DNA from: Podarcis erhardii
Lineage: Eukaryota
Strand: one strand, 5' to 3'
Assembly (NCBI GenBank): GCA_964252035.1
Contig: OZ176200.1
Length of the DNA: 64,000 bases
Notes under the pieces: generated by a model
Databases searched by the model: none
What the model was told of the DNA's origin: nothing
What the model saw: the letters and a program-made list of their open reading frames with translations, nothing else
Shown: positions 1 to 12,735 of the stretch, one piece after another
Layout: each line of letters opens with the position of its first letter
Position numbering within the stretch: position 1 is the first letter of the stretch
Position numbers and translations under genes: made by a program

Positions 1-185
1 TACGCCTTTGATTAAAGTTTCCTCAAAGTTTAATTGCTTCTTGTCCAGCACTGCTGGGACAATTAGTGATACGTTATACTTTTTGGTTAGGTTATGTTCA
101 GGGCTTTAGTTACTGCTTTTCTTACTTCGTTTTTTTCGCTTTCTTTGAAAACAGTGTTATTTAATTATAGAAGAATAAAATGATA

Positions 186-540
186 CAGTGGTACCTCGCA
201 AGATGAATGCCTCGAAAGACGAAAAACTCGCAAAACGAAAGAGTTTTTCATTTTTTGAGTTGCTTCGCAAGACGGATTTCCCTATGTGCTTGCTTCGCAA
301 GACGGAAACGTCTTTCAAGTTTGTTTCCTTTGTCTTGCAAGTTTGTTTCCTTTTTCTTAAAACCGTGCATTCACTTCGAGGAGCAACTCATAGCACGCGG
401 TGTGGTAGCCTTTTTTTGAGGTTTTTGAAGACTTTGGTGATTTTTGAAGCTTTTCCAAAGTCCGTGCTTCGCAAGACGAAAAAATCGCAAGATGAAAAAA
501 CTCGCGGAACGAATTAATTTCGTCTTGCGAGGCACCACTG
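186..540. mobile_element. Tc1/mariner (Tigger-like) MITE
   Basis: TIR CAGTGGTACCTCGCAAGA / TCTTGCGAGGCACCACTG, TA on both sides, internal GCTTCGCAAGACG repeats. Confidence 0.88.
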
Positions 541-1364
541 TACAAGGAAACCAGTAATTAAATTTATGCACCCCTCAAATAATACTAAAAAGCTGTAGTG
601 TGGAAGCAACCTATGACAGGCTGTCCATTTCAAATATTCTTTAAAAACTATTTTCCCCATAACATTTCTGGAGTATTGCCATAATTTGGGTAATAAGAGA
701 GCATTCTCATTTCAAAACTATCGTCCGTTACTTTAAAAAGAATCTTCTCGGGGCTTGATTTACTAAAATATAGTCTACCAGCAGGACATTTTGAAGGGGA
801 CAAAGCTTCCCGATGAGGTCTTTCCCCAGTGGCAAATCATGAGTTGCGCTTCAGTTTGGGCTGCTCACAGAGCAAGTGTTTTCTTGTTCTCCCTGAGGAG
901 CAAGGATCTTCCTCTGGATCCATTTCACATCCCATTCAGTAGGTCTGCTGGACACATAACAGGATTAACAAATGGTCGCTCTCAATCCATGCAATGGAAG
1001 AAACACTGGATTCAGTGATTTGGCTGCAATGGCCAAGACAAGCTATCTTCCGCTGAGCAACTGCTGCCTTTGGTCCCTTGGCAGAAAGGGCACCAGGACA
1101 CGCCACCAGGACAGAGGAGCTGGCTCAGGGAGGGTGACTCAAGTTCTGTGCATTCCTTTCCAGCAGCAGCTTCCTAGATTGTCCTCAGATGCTGGGCTAC
1201 ACCAAGTGTAGTGGGAGGTACAGATGTCAAAGACGAGAATGGAGGTTGGTGGTGGTGCCAGCTGGTCCTCAATCTCCCACCATTAGAATTTTGATTCCTC
1301 ATACAGCGGCACAGTGCTGGTTTGAGGCACTTTTCCCAATGTCTTCTGAAAATCAGAGAGAGAA

Positions 1365-1519
1365 GGGGCACAGTTAGGGGGTGGTCAAAGGCATCAGACA
1401 GCAGGAACCCACTACCAGCACCAAGGTTGCAGGTTCGATCCCTGTTTGGGACAGCTACATATTCCTGCATTGCTAGATATTCCTCAGGGTCCCTTCCAAC
1501 TCTACAATTCCATGATTCC
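1365..1519 (+). mobile_element. tRNA-head SINE with CR1-type tail
   Basis: B-box GGTTCGATCCC; tail GGTCCCTTCCAACTCTACAATTCCATGATTC. Confidence 0.7.
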
Positions 1520-2992
1520 ACGAATATATGAATATATGAGAAGCATTGCTGCTCTTGCTTTGGGTCCAAATATCTCAAGAGGAAAGGAGAGATCCCAAAG
1601 AAGGACAAGTACATTCCATTGTCTCTTACCAACGGTGCCTAATCCTTACTGCTGCTCAACAAAGGTTACAAAGCAAAGTCAGGAAGAAAGAATTCACCCT
1701 TAGCTATGAAAAGTGAATTTCATAGGGGAGAATAGTGCTTGGGAGAGCTCTGCTTTCCAGAGTGATGGGAGTATCAACCCCCAGAATTGCCCTTCAGCAC
1801 TACCATTTGTGATGCTATTTCTAAGTCTACTCATTGCCTTAATCAAAACAGCACAATCCCAGGTACAATGTACCCCATCTGGGAAGGCAGGGGCTGATGG
1901 GAATTGTAGTCCAGAACAGCTGGAGGGCATCAGGTTTGTGAAGGCTGCAATGATACATTTGCACCAGGAATGCCCTTTGAGCCGTATCTGTATCCACGCT
2001 GCAGAAGCTAATACTTCTTATTCATGTAACAAGTATTTTAAAATCATGGATGGATCTGCAGAGAAGGAAGTGGTGCAGGAAATTTAGCCAATTACAAGCT
2101 ACAAACTCTTGCCTTGTTTCTGTCTCCTGACCACACACGCCATCTGCCTCATCAATTCCACACATTAAAAAGGGTCTGGCACCTCTCCACAAGGAAGCTT
2201 GCTGGTGCCTAATGAAGTTATCCATTCATAACAGTAAGGGCATATGCACATACAAAGTGGGTAGAAATATATGGAAACTATTTAACTGTCATGGCCCAAA
2301 GAATCCTTGGAATTGTGGTAATTCTTTGTTAGAGGAGCATGGTTGTCCTCCAGATGTGGAGGATAATGTGATGTCCTCCAGATGTTGTGCCAGCCACCAC
2401 TGTCACTGGCTAGCAGTGATAGGAGTTGGAATCCAAAAAGCATTTGGGAAGGCACCACATTGGCTACCCCTGTTAGATTCTCCCCACTACCTTCGCCAAA
2501 CAGTGAAATTCCAAGATTTCCCGGGGAGAAGGAATGAGTCTGTTGTGCTCTAAGAGTACTGTTGACCCAGATCCCACAGAACAGAGAATGATGGAGGTAG
2601 ATCATTCATCAGGACTTGGCAGAGAGCAAAGTCAAACGTGCTGCTACCTGTGATCAACTTGCCTTCCATAGTTAATCTTCAGGAAATTGATGCCACATAG
2701 GAGACAGCAGTGTCTCTGTGTGGGATAAACCTATCCACAAAGAGTGGAGTCTTTCAAAATGCCACAAGCCTTTACATTCTTCCAGGACAGGTGAATATTT
2801 GCAGTTGCCTAGAGAGGCAAATAAATGACAACTAGACCATTCGCTGAAGGTTACTGATCCTTTCGTGGAGGGAATGGTTATGTATGCAAGGCTGCCTCTC
2901 TATTTTAACCAAACAATAATTATGGCTCAGTCATACAAGTTTCCAATAGCAAGCCAGTGAACGTTGTTAGAACTGAGGTACAATAAGGTTCA

Positions 2993-3283
2993 CAGACCCT
3001 CCAAGTGTCCCTATTTTCCAGGGACGTCCCTGATTTAGAGAAGCCGTCCTGGTTTCTGATTTGATCCCAAAATGTCCCATTTTTCCTTAAGATGTCTCTA
3101 TTTTCATTGGATAAATATTAGAGGGTATAGAGTTATCCAACCCCTGAGCCATCTGAAGGCAATCCTATATAGGGAAGTGGGGTTTTTTAAAATGTTTAAT
3201 GTTTTATTATGTTTTTATATATGTTGGAAGCTGCCCAGAGTGGCTGGGGCAGCCCAGTAAGATGTGTAGAGTATAAATAGTAA
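2993..3283 (+). mobile_element. Composite repeat: hAT-like head plus L2-type tail
   Basis: CAGACCCTCCAA...TTAGAGGGTAT inverted ends (2993-3129); 3232-3283 matches the reverse complement of the L2 tail at 41825-41890. Confidence 0.6.
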
Positions 3284-5545
3284 AGGGGTTAGCAGCAGGA
3301 AGAGGGTGAGTGAGGGAGATGTGGGGTGGCAGGGTGCCCAAATAGTGGGGGTGGGGGTTGATCACCAGAATATGGCAACACTAATCCGGTAATCTATATC
3401 AGACTTCCCCAACCTGCCCTCTTCTCCACCCCCCCCCAAAAAGATACTAAACAATTGTGCACAGTCTGTTACAAAGATTAGAACAGACCATGCTTAGTTG
3501 AGCAGAAGTAAAACAAAAATCCCCATCTGCCTCAGAAGTCAGGGCCAACAGATCTTTGCATTCCTTTATCACATGCTGGTGGAACTGGTCAGCTGTGCCA
3601 GAATATACTGCACAAAATGGCAGTAGATAAATAGCCACCAGCTAGGAACCTGCTCCTAGGTGTTAATGCCCAGGTCCAAGCCTCAAAATGCTAACACACT
3701 GGTATATTTATAATGCATCTCAAAAGCCTGGCTCATAGTGCAATTGGCCCAATGATTACTTGGTATGGATTTAAAGCCATTTGGTACTGAGGAAACATTG
3801 CCCAAAGGATCCATCTGTGCTATAAGAAGCAGGGAAGGCCCCGTCATTCATCTGCCTGATGGGAGGGAAGGAGTCCAGCTGCAGGGCCTCAGCCTGAATG
3901 AAGGTTGGGGAAACCTGGAGGATATAAAAAGCCTCAGAGATGAGGGGGAGGGAGGCCATGGAACTCCAGAGAACATCCTGGGATAACTAGGCCTTTAAGT
4001 GAGGGCCTGCCACACAAAGAAGGCCTTAGCTCTTACTCTTATGTCATCTTCAGGCTCTTCCTCTGAGCACCATTGAGTAGACTCATAAGAGGGCAGCATA
4101 GAGGCATTCTAGGTATACTGTGCCCTGTTTCTCCACAGGAAGGCCCCAGGAGTCTGGGACTTAAGTTTGCCAAAACTAACAGCACAGAAGCCAGGCACCC
4201 CAAGGAAGAAGGTCAACAGGAGGGCTGTACTTATTGTTGATAGTAACCTGGGACATGGTGGAAGATGGCCTGTGAAACAGAAAGCCATCCTTTTGCGCTT
4301 CCACCACCACCTGAGACGCTTCACCCTGCCTCATTGCTGGGCCGGCTCTGCTCTCTTGGATAACCTTCCAGGGAGAAGGCCACACTCCAGCCACACAAAT
4401 GTTAAGGGGTTTCTGTACATACAACTCCTCCCTCCAGGTAAGCAAGAAGCCTTGTTACAGCTGAAGGTATGCCAGCCAAGCAGAAGAACTGGAGATGGTG
4501 CAGAATAGGTCCAGTGAGGGGTGTAGCCCCAAGTGCTGGATACCAAATGGGAGACTGGGAACGATAAGCAGAAATGCATTCATACATTTCCGATCTTGCA
4601 TCTTGTTTGTCCTGATTTACCATTACTAATGTCAGGTATGGTGCCTGTGTATTGAGTCAGCAATATACCTGAAGGATTTCAGAGTCTTTGAAACAATCAA
4701 AACATCATTTCATCCTGCAAGTAATGGATCAGGCACAAAAATGGCTTAAGGCAGCCGGTATGTAAACATGTTACATTTTGCAAGCAGCAATGCTAAAAGT
4801 TGTGGTAGTGCAGTATGTTTTCATCTCAGGATGTCCTTTGCACATGAATAGCACCCTGAAAGATGCATCAATGTTCACATATTGATTGCTCGCTACTCTA
4901 CAGTGAGCTTGCACATATATATAACCCCCTCAAATGCCATGGATAGAATTTTTAAATAATTGTAAATCTAGCACCTTCTTGCAGCCAGCCCCCTTCCCAC
5001 CATGTTTTTACCCGTTCTTGTTTTGACTGCTTCAGAATTCAGCCCAGCATTAAGAAATTCATTACTGCATCCAGTGATTGCCTCTTCACCAACAAACTTG
5101 AGAATGGTGAGCAATAAATATGTGAGCACACATTTTCAACAAGAGGAAGGTAAGGTTTAAGGAAAGATAGATAGTCAGATGAAGCATATTCAAGCATGTA
5201 CTTAGCGGCAACATGAAGGTCTCTTCAGGAAAAAGCGTAGAATTAACATTGCAAAGCAAAGTGCTTTGAGAATTGCAATAGTTATTTTACACAAAAGGCA
5301 CCAATCCAGTGGCTGTTCTAACTGGAGGACTTAACATTCCTTTCGACAATTGCTTGGTGGGTGATCAAATTTGCATCATAAGCCGAATCCAGCATGCTGG
5401 ATCCAGTGAGTGTGCTTTTCCCCACACCAAGCCCTTTCTCTACACATTTTGGCCCTGCAACATGCCATTGGTTTGGTGCCAGTGCCATCTCACAGAAAGA
5501 GTTGTATAAGCAGGTTAGTATGATTCTCCTACCTTAGTCTGAGAA

Positions 5546-5626
5546 TTACTGATCAGGGATGGGAAATGATGGGATTAAGGTACAATGTCCATAATTCATT
5601 ATCGGACAGTTACTGCCCTGGAGTCT
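5546..5626 (-). CDS. FLVCR2: Candidate FLVCR2 terminal coding exon 10 (RLQGSNCPIMNYGHCTLIPSFPIPDQ*)
   Basis: Phase-0 acceptor tacAG after a long AG-free pyrimidine-rich stretch; starts RLQ (human KLQ); length similar to the human last exon; weak sequence support. Confidence 0.55.
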   Translation of the reverse strand, partial: RLQGSNCPIMNYGHCTLIPSFPIPDQ

Positions 5627-6504
5627 CTGTAACAACAGCCATATGTCACAATCCCAAAGAGGGGCAGAATTAAAACAAAAACAGGAGGCACAGACAGATA
5701 GACAGACAGACAGGGAATCATGATGGAATAAGCTGGTGAAACTCTGCAGAACTGAAAGCGAGTGAGACTTTTGATCACTAAAAATTCCACAGAATGTTCA
5801 GCTTTATAAGCCCTGGACTCATTCCAAGGCACAGAAGATCTGATTAACCTAATCCCTGAAGAATTATGTAGTCTCAATGTTAAATAAATTCATTTATTTT
5901 AGCTTACTTCTCTTCTGCCAATTTGTTTCACTTTAAGTAAGGAGGCTCCAAATGTTCAGATTAGCATTTTGGGGTCTGAAAGTTATATATTAATGTGGAG
6001 CAATGTGTCCCCCCTTAAAATAAAATGAAACCAATTGTGCATTTCTCACTTATGCTTGTGATTCTTCTCAAGACCACTGTGCTCCACCTCTCTGTCGTTC
6101 CTTCAGCACCATGTTTTTCCTCCTCTTTTACAACATTATCCCTAGCAATCAGGGATCATGCAGCAAACATGATGGTGCTACAATGCGGTGTCATTAATCA
6201 AATTTGGTACTATCAGAACATCACTGGAAAGTAAACAAAGCCAATTCTGAAATAGGTGCTTTACATTGTTTGTAGGTCATTTTATTATTGCGAGCCACCC
6301 TGGGCTCCCTTTGGAGAGGGAGGGTGGGTTTTAAATTTGAAAGAATAAATGAATTCAAAGTGAAAACAATGCTTTCCACATGACATTACCTTTCCACATT
6401 ACCCTGGGCAAAGGAACACATCAATAGGCTGAACGGGTGCCACAGAGAGAGAAGCACTGATACCATTGTTGCCTGGGCTGCTGCCAAGCAAACATGCTAT
6501 AGCA

Positions 6505-6641
6505 CAGGGGTGGGGAACCTTTGGCCCTCCAGATGTCGCTGAACTATCATTCCCATCATCACTGGTCATTGGACATGTTTGCTGGGGCTGATGGGAGCTG
6601 TATTCAGCAATATTTGGAAAGTAAATTTCCCCCCACTACTG
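6505..6641. mobile_element. Palindromic hAT MITE (degenerate)
   Basis: CAGGGGTGGGGAA left end and internal palindrome as in the 62719 copy. Confidence 0.6.
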
Positions 6642-8413
6642 TTGCAGTCACTTCTTCTCCTGGTAAGACAGCGATGACACATTTTGAGATACCCTCCCCA
6701 CCCCCAAAGAAAAACAAAAATCAGGATAACAATGTGAATTAAAGGAAACTCCTCTCTTTTGGCTTAGTCCTATTTGTAACTCCACAATTCAGAATCCAAG
6801 ACCAGAATCTTCATTATATATTGCAGAAGAGAATCCTTCATTTACCCAATTCAGCATGACCTGATTCAGAGTTAGAATTGCCTCCCCCCCCCCCCCCGTA
6901 GAGATTCTGTCCCTTTTAATAACTGCGTAACAGGCAAGTCGTTCCCATCCTGTATCCCAGGAAAAGGTTCAGTTGCTGAATTCTTGCCTGCCACGCAGCT
7001 GTCTAGAGCACAGGTACCCTGTCAGAAAAACAGTTCACTGCATAAACTAAATATTTCAATATTTGGCTTTACACAGAAGAATCACATAACTGTCACTGTA
7101 TCGAGTGCGGGGAGCTTAAACATTAGGAAGTTATTTGAAATTTGTTAGTTTTGTTTGCCTTTTCAAGAACTGTCTTCTGATGAAGATTTAAAACATAATG
7201 ATGACCCAGGTTGTACTCAATATGTCTGTTTTGAAGTATTGAGTACAGGTAACTTGCAACTCCCGTGCATTTAACTTGTGTTTTACACACCTGGCAAAAA
7301 AATAAATAAAAAGAATGCAGAAAGGAGGGAAAAAACTTTGGCAATCCCACCCGCCTTTGAACCCAACGTATTTTGACCATGTGTGTTCTTGGCTTTACTC
7401 ACTATGCCCAGAATGTAACCCCAGGGTAAGTTGAGAGTCACCTGTACTACTGTGCGTCTGCTACAAAACTTTGCCAAAGATATATGCCAGATACAAAAAT
7501 CAAATAGTCAGAATATAGACAACAAAAGTAGCAAGGAGAACTTTGGAGGAAAAGCTTATGGAAAGCAGAAATGCCCATCTGGTTCCTGTGCCCAAGGGTC
7601 AACTTACAGGCACAGTATCTTAGAGATGGAAGGGATCAGTAGCCCATTCCTCAGCTGAAAGGCAGGATCACCCACCCATCAGACAGTGTGCCCAGTGACA
7701 CCTTTACACTGTGAGCACCATCACATCCACCCTCTATCTTGTTGCACTGTCCCATGGATTGCATAAGCCCATCTAGTCCCTGCAGGGCTCTTATTATGTT
7801 CTCAGAAACAATTACCAGGGATGCTGGGAGTTGCAGTCCAGCAACATCTGGTTCCCTAGTCCTAAATGAATTTAAGATAAGCCAGAACAGCTCCCTGCTG
7901 GAGCCTCCATCATCCCTCCCAATCTGCTCTGGAGGGTCCGCCAACACTCATTGGATTTGGGGAACTCTCCATGGCACATTTTGAGGCACATAGTGGGCAG
8001 GTAGGAGAGTAGTTTCAGTGTGCACAAGTGAAGTCCATTGTGCGAGTAGGACACCACCCCTGGATATTACCCATGATCTTTCACCTTTCTTTAAGCAGCT
8101 GTATTTGCATTTACTTAAGGTTACAAACAGCCTAACACTGGTCTGGCTAGTGCACCAGATGTATGCCCTCAAACAGAGAGATTGCCAGCCTGTCTCTCTC
8201 AGTACTCGCAGCTGGTCCCAGGCACATGCCACACTTTCTCCTGGAGGAGAATCCAACAGCATTCAACCGTTAACAACCCAAACCTGGCACAGCTGAGGCA
8301 GCAACAATACTCCCTCAAGCTGGCACAGTTATTCATCACAATAAAAGCAAAGGAGACTCACAGGTGCAGACGGTTGGCCATAAGCTACCAGCATAAATAT
8401 ATGATTTACTCAC

Positions 8414-8469
8414 AGTCTGTTCATCGCGCAGGTTGGCCTGCTGTCTCCGGAGATCTGCTTTGATGAAAG
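8414..8469 (-). CDS. FLVCR2: FLVCR2 exon 9 (56 nt)
   Basis: ccAG|(A)FIKADLRRQQANLRDEQT|GTGAGT; 56-nt size as recalled for FLVCR2 rather than FLVCR1. Confidence 0.93.
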
Positions 8470-9077
8470 CTGGGGCATTGGAGGAAGAGAAAACAGAGCC
8501 AGGAAGTCACTGTGTGTTGACCATAAGCAGCTCTTCACAGAGCAATGGAGTTCAAGGCAGGGCAACATGAAGAACATGGCTTACGACTCAGAAAGCACAA
8601 CGGAAGTAGGGAACAGGGTCTGCCCTCTCCATGGTGGAAAATAAATTATTTTTAAATCTTAGAACATCTATTCCACTTCTTAAATCTACTCCACTTCTTA
8701 GCCACCCAAACAGGTCCCCAAGGCAGCTTCCAGATTAAAAGCACAATAACACAATAAAAATACAACAGGATATTAATTCAATTATTAAAACAGCAGCATG
8801 GAAGGACACAAAACAACTGGGTTGGCATAAATAGAGCTATTGGAGAAAGAGGATTTTCTTTGCATTTTAATGAGAAAGGTACCTAATGCTCACTTCCTGA
8901 ACGTACATGCAAACTGAAACACAGCAATTTTACTTGCAAAATTGTGTGAGTCAAAACTGCATACAAAAAAAAAAAATGTGTTTGTTAGGAGAAATTTTCA
9001 CTCAAAGGCATCTCAGCCTTTTGGCTAAGAAACCATCCTCTATTTTTTAAGACGCTTATGAATTATCATGAGAATTA

Positions 9078-9110
9078 AAATAATAATAATGATGATGATG
9101 ATGATGATGA
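9078..9110. repeat. (AAT)n(GAT)n microsatellite
   Basis: Direct reading. Confidence 0.9.
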
Positions 9111-9335
9111 AATGCTACAGAAATGTGGAGTACTGAGTTTAAGACTGAAAGAGAAAATAACTGGAAGAACCAAATTTGACCGATTTGCCATCCCTAGGTT
9201 AAAAATAACCATTCAAAGTGATTCAACGTTGCAGCCCTACCCTAAACGTCAGTACTTTAAGCTGGGGTAGCAATACAAGAGTTGTAGGAAGCAGGAGCTG
9301 AAAAGGGTTTGACAATGATTGGATAGTGTAGTTAC

Positions 9336-9447
9336 CAGTTATAACAGTGCCGACAAACAGGAAGCTGCAGAGGAAGAGGTTTCCTGCTTGAGTTCCAAAA
9401 TGTTCAAAGATCTGTGCTTGGCTAATGGTGAAAATTATTCCAAATAT
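9336..9447 (-). CDS. FLVCR2: FLVCR2 exon 8 (112 nt)
   Basis: tcAG|IFGIIFTISQAQIFEHFGTQAGNLFLCSFLFVGTVIT-G|GTAACT. Confidence 0.94.
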
Positions 9448-9499
9448 CTGAAACAAATTCAAACAAGAGTTACAAAGAAGAAACTGAAGAAAGCTACTG

Positions 9500-9647
9500 C
9501 AGCATAGTCCGGTCACACCGCTCCACCTAGCACACTGGCAAAGCTAAGCAGGGTCCAGTATGGTTTCAAACTGAATGGGAGACCATGTGTTGAGATTCCT
9601 GCATTGGTAAGTGTTCAGGGTCCCTTCCAACTCTACAATTCTATGAT
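9500..9647 (+). mobile_element. 5S rRNA-derived SINE with CR1-type tail
   Basis: AAGCTAAGCAGGGTC and TGAATGGGAGACC match 5S internal promoter segments; CR1-like tail follows. Confidence 0.65.
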
Positions 9648-9752
9648 ACCACCTTGAAGAGCTGGATTCATCAACAGAATTCCTGAGCAACAGCAAAGCC
9701 AAGCTAAGAAGTGAGTCTGTTTACCTGCTATATTTTCTGAGCACTCACTCAC

Positions 9753-9858
9753 CTGTGCAGCTACATTAAGAAGGCCCGATGACGTCCCTTCCGATTCTGG
9801 GTATGTCAGTTCTGCCGCAAATTCAAAGCCCAGTGGTAGGTACCCAGTCATGAAGAAA
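9753..9858 (-). CDS. FLVCR2: FLVCR2 exon 7 (106 nt)
   Basis: gcAG|(G)[35 protein letters not shown]|GTGAGT; FLVCR signature motif. Confidence 0.96.
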
Positions 9859-10535
9859 CTGCCAGGAAAGATTGGCGGGGAGGAAAGCATCAGCAGCTGC
9901 AACATTTGGGCCATGCAGTTTCAAAGTGAGGGTGCTTCTCCAAGCTCCACTTCAGTCTCAAAGGCATAACCCTATTTGCTTCCCCCTGGCCAGGAACAGT
10001 TGGTGGCACAGAGCAGGATGGCATAGCTTACCTTGCTTCCTGTTAGTTACTGCTGGTAACCAAGAGGGGAGGGAGTGAGGCTGCAGGGAAGTCAGTGCAG
10101 TGCAGACACAGCAGCAGAAGTGTCTGACTGGCCGTGCGGCAGCACCTGCACTGCACCAACCTCCGAGACGCCTTGCCACTCCCCCTCTTGGTTTACTGTC
10201 AGCAACCTCCACATTGGGAAGCCAGGTCAACAACAGCACCCCACCTCACCAGCAGCTGTTGCCCATAGCATTTCATTCAACCACACTCTGCAATGCAAGA
10301 TGTTCATGGTCAGCAGAGATATGAAAGGATATGATGGCTGCTATGCATATCCCATAGCTCTCACTTTGCCTGGGTATCCATTGTTTGTGGTACTTTCTTA
10401 CTCTTCACTCCACTGGAGAGGGAAAGAAGAGGCATCTTCATCTCCATGTCAAGGCAGCCGCCATATGCCTTCAGAGTGAAACTCCTTCAAAGAAGAGAAA
10501 ATTCACCCTGGGTGTGAGAGGAGAAGCAAACTTAC

Positions 10536-10646
10536 CCCAGCACACCTGCTGTCACAAAGACCACCCAGATATGGCCTAGGTCCAGAGTAAACGTGAAAAC
10601 CACCATGCCCACAAATGACATGATGTAAACCAACAGAGTTGTCTGC
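10536..10646 (-). CDS. FLVCR2: FLVCR2 exon 6 (111 nt)
   Basis: acAG|(K)[38 protein letters not shown]|GTAAGT. Confidence 0.95.
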
Positions 10647-10964
10647 CTGTAACAAACAAAACACAATCAGAATGAAGCTACTGTTCTTACACTGTATTCA
10701 ATGTTTTTAAATTCGGATTTCATTACATTTTAACTAAAATTAAGTTCTATTGTGGGGGGGAACCCCAATAAAAAATCAAATTACCGGGTAATCCGACAGC
10801 CTGACAATATTCATCTTTGCATGCAAGAAAGTTGCAGGGGTTCCTCAAACTACAGCCAGGCCAGCAAATGTCTCCTGACAGCAATAGGCCAAAGGAGGTC
10901 ATGCAATCAGACCTAGAACTCGTGGACATCCAAGGAAGCTTAGGGTTGAAAGATTCAGGATGGT

Positions 10965-11188
10965 TGTTGAACACCCTGGAACTTCGACATTTTGGCTCCC
11001 GAATGATCAAAATCCAGAAGTGACTGTTCCAGTTTTTGAACATTCTTTTAGAAGCTGAACGTCCAATGGGGCTTCTGCAGCTTCCGATTGGATGCAGGAG
11101 CTTCCTGCAGCCAATCAAAAGCCATGATTTGGAAGTCAAACGCTTTGGAAGTTGAACTGATTCCCTTCAACAACCAAGGTACGACTGT
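10965..11188. mobile_element. Degenerate Tigger-like MITE
   Basis: Ends CCAAGGTACGACTGTA; internal GATTGG...CCAATC palindrome; left TIR not found. Confidence 0.5.
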
Positions 11189-11284
11189 ACTTAATTCAAA
11201 CAATGTGTAGTTAAACTATGGGACTCGATGGGCAAATAGCCTGATCCAGCAGGCTATTCTTAAGTTCTTAGCTATAGAAAGTGG

Positions 11285-11560
11285 CAGGCCAGTCCCACCT
11301 AATTTGGCAGAGTGAAGTGGCCACCTCAGGTGTCAGGTAATAGCATCAAGTTGTTGGAACACAGATCTATGTGGTGTGCACAACCTGCCTCACACCTCCT
11401 AGGCTACCTTGCTGCCCTCAGTTTCAGTGGAGGAGGTGTCTCCTCACCAGGGCTGAAGTAAAATTCAAGCACCGGAACATTTTGTGTCTGTACATGGAAT
11501 GGAGGAGATACGCCATCCTCTCCTTCACCTCAGGCAGCAAAATGTATTGACCTGGCCCTA
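11285..11560. mobile_element. Old hAT-like element (related copy reversed at 51425-51668)
   Basis: CAGGCCAG / CTGGCCCTA ends; shares TCCTTCACCTCAGGCAGCAAAA with the reverse complement at 51.44 kb. Confidence 0.55.
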
Positions 11561-12486
11561 GAAAGAGACTGTGGGCCTCATAGTGGTATATCTAGAATGT
11601 CACTTTTTAATTTCTGTAATTAAATTAAACACAGGGTATCCTACACAGATGCTGGTAAGAACCAATAGGTATAGGAAACTGGAGAAATTAACAAGGCCAG
11701 TTAGTGAAGCTGACACGGCTTATTTCTTGAGAAGCTTTCACTAGTATGCAGGGATTAAAGTAGCGAGCACAGTCAGGAAAGCAGGGAAATCAAAGGACAA
11801 CTCGAGGATATAAAAAGCACATGGAAATCACTCCCTGCTGCATTTGCCTAGGAAATTAATCTACAGCCGCTCTGAAGGAGATGGCAGCTATTTTTATGCA
11901 AGAGCAGAGGTAGAATGTGGGTCCTGCAACAGTCCCCTGAACTTTGCACTGCATCTTACTGCATTGTTAAGCTATCTACCTCAGTCAGAGAGACAGGGAA
12001 AAGAGCCTCATGCATGAGCCTACACCAGCTTCCCTGAATTCCCTGAAAACCCCCCACTGCAGTGTTATGTCACTGTAGGGACAACAAAATGGTGGCTGCT
12101 AGTTCTCATAGGAGGAGCACTGCTGCCGCCACCATCACTCCTCTTGCCCTCCTTGTCCTCCTCCTCTGCCAGAAGTAGGGCCCTGCCAATATGTCCTACT
12201 CCCCATTTCTTACATCTGTAATTCAAAAGTTGTCAAGTCCTGCTCTACCTCTTGTGTAAAAGAGTAAGACTTCCCATTGCTCAGGGACCAGTGAGAAAGC
12301 CTGACCTGGAAGATTTTCTAAAGGTCAAGGAGCATCTGCTACTGCTTGGAAGAGGCTTCTGTAGCTGCTCTCAACATGAACTGGCTGAGGTCCCTAAGGT
12401 CACCAGCTTCTGACTTATAGCTTGGCAGAGTCCAGACAAACGCTCACATGTGGTATTGTGAGATAATGCGGTTGAATAAAAAGGAT

Positions 12487-12735
12487 GGGAGTGGCGCTGT
12501 CGGTTAAACCACTGAGCCTAGGACTTGCCGATCGGAAGGTTGCGGTTTGCATCCCCGCGACGGGATGAGCTCCCGTGGTTCCTGCTCCTGCCAACCTAGC
12601 AGTTCAAAAGCACGTCAAAGTGCAAGTAGATAAATAGGTATCGCTCCGGTGGGAAGGTAAACGGCGAGATGAGTGCCGCAACCCCAGAGTCGGTCACGAC
12701 TGGACCTAATGGTCAGGGCTCCCTTTACCTTTACC
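12487..12735 (+). mobile_element. Sauria SINE, internally deleted
   Basis: tRNA-like head with B-box-like motif, AGCAGTTC-AAGCACGTCAAAGTGCAAGTAGATAAATAGG core, (ACCTTT)n tail. Confidence 0.88.

Noticed and set aside
188-571. Several ORFs at window start
   Set aside because: All lie within a non-coding Tc1/mariner MITE.
1-5500. ERG28, expected downstream of FLVCR2 by mammalian synteny
   Set aside because: No matching coding sequence seen on either strand.
7123-7290. Alternative FLVCR2 last exon after a strong pyrimidine tract (VCKTQVKC...)
   Set aside because: 55-aa product with no resemblance to FLVCR C-termini; less likely than 5546-5626 but not excluded.
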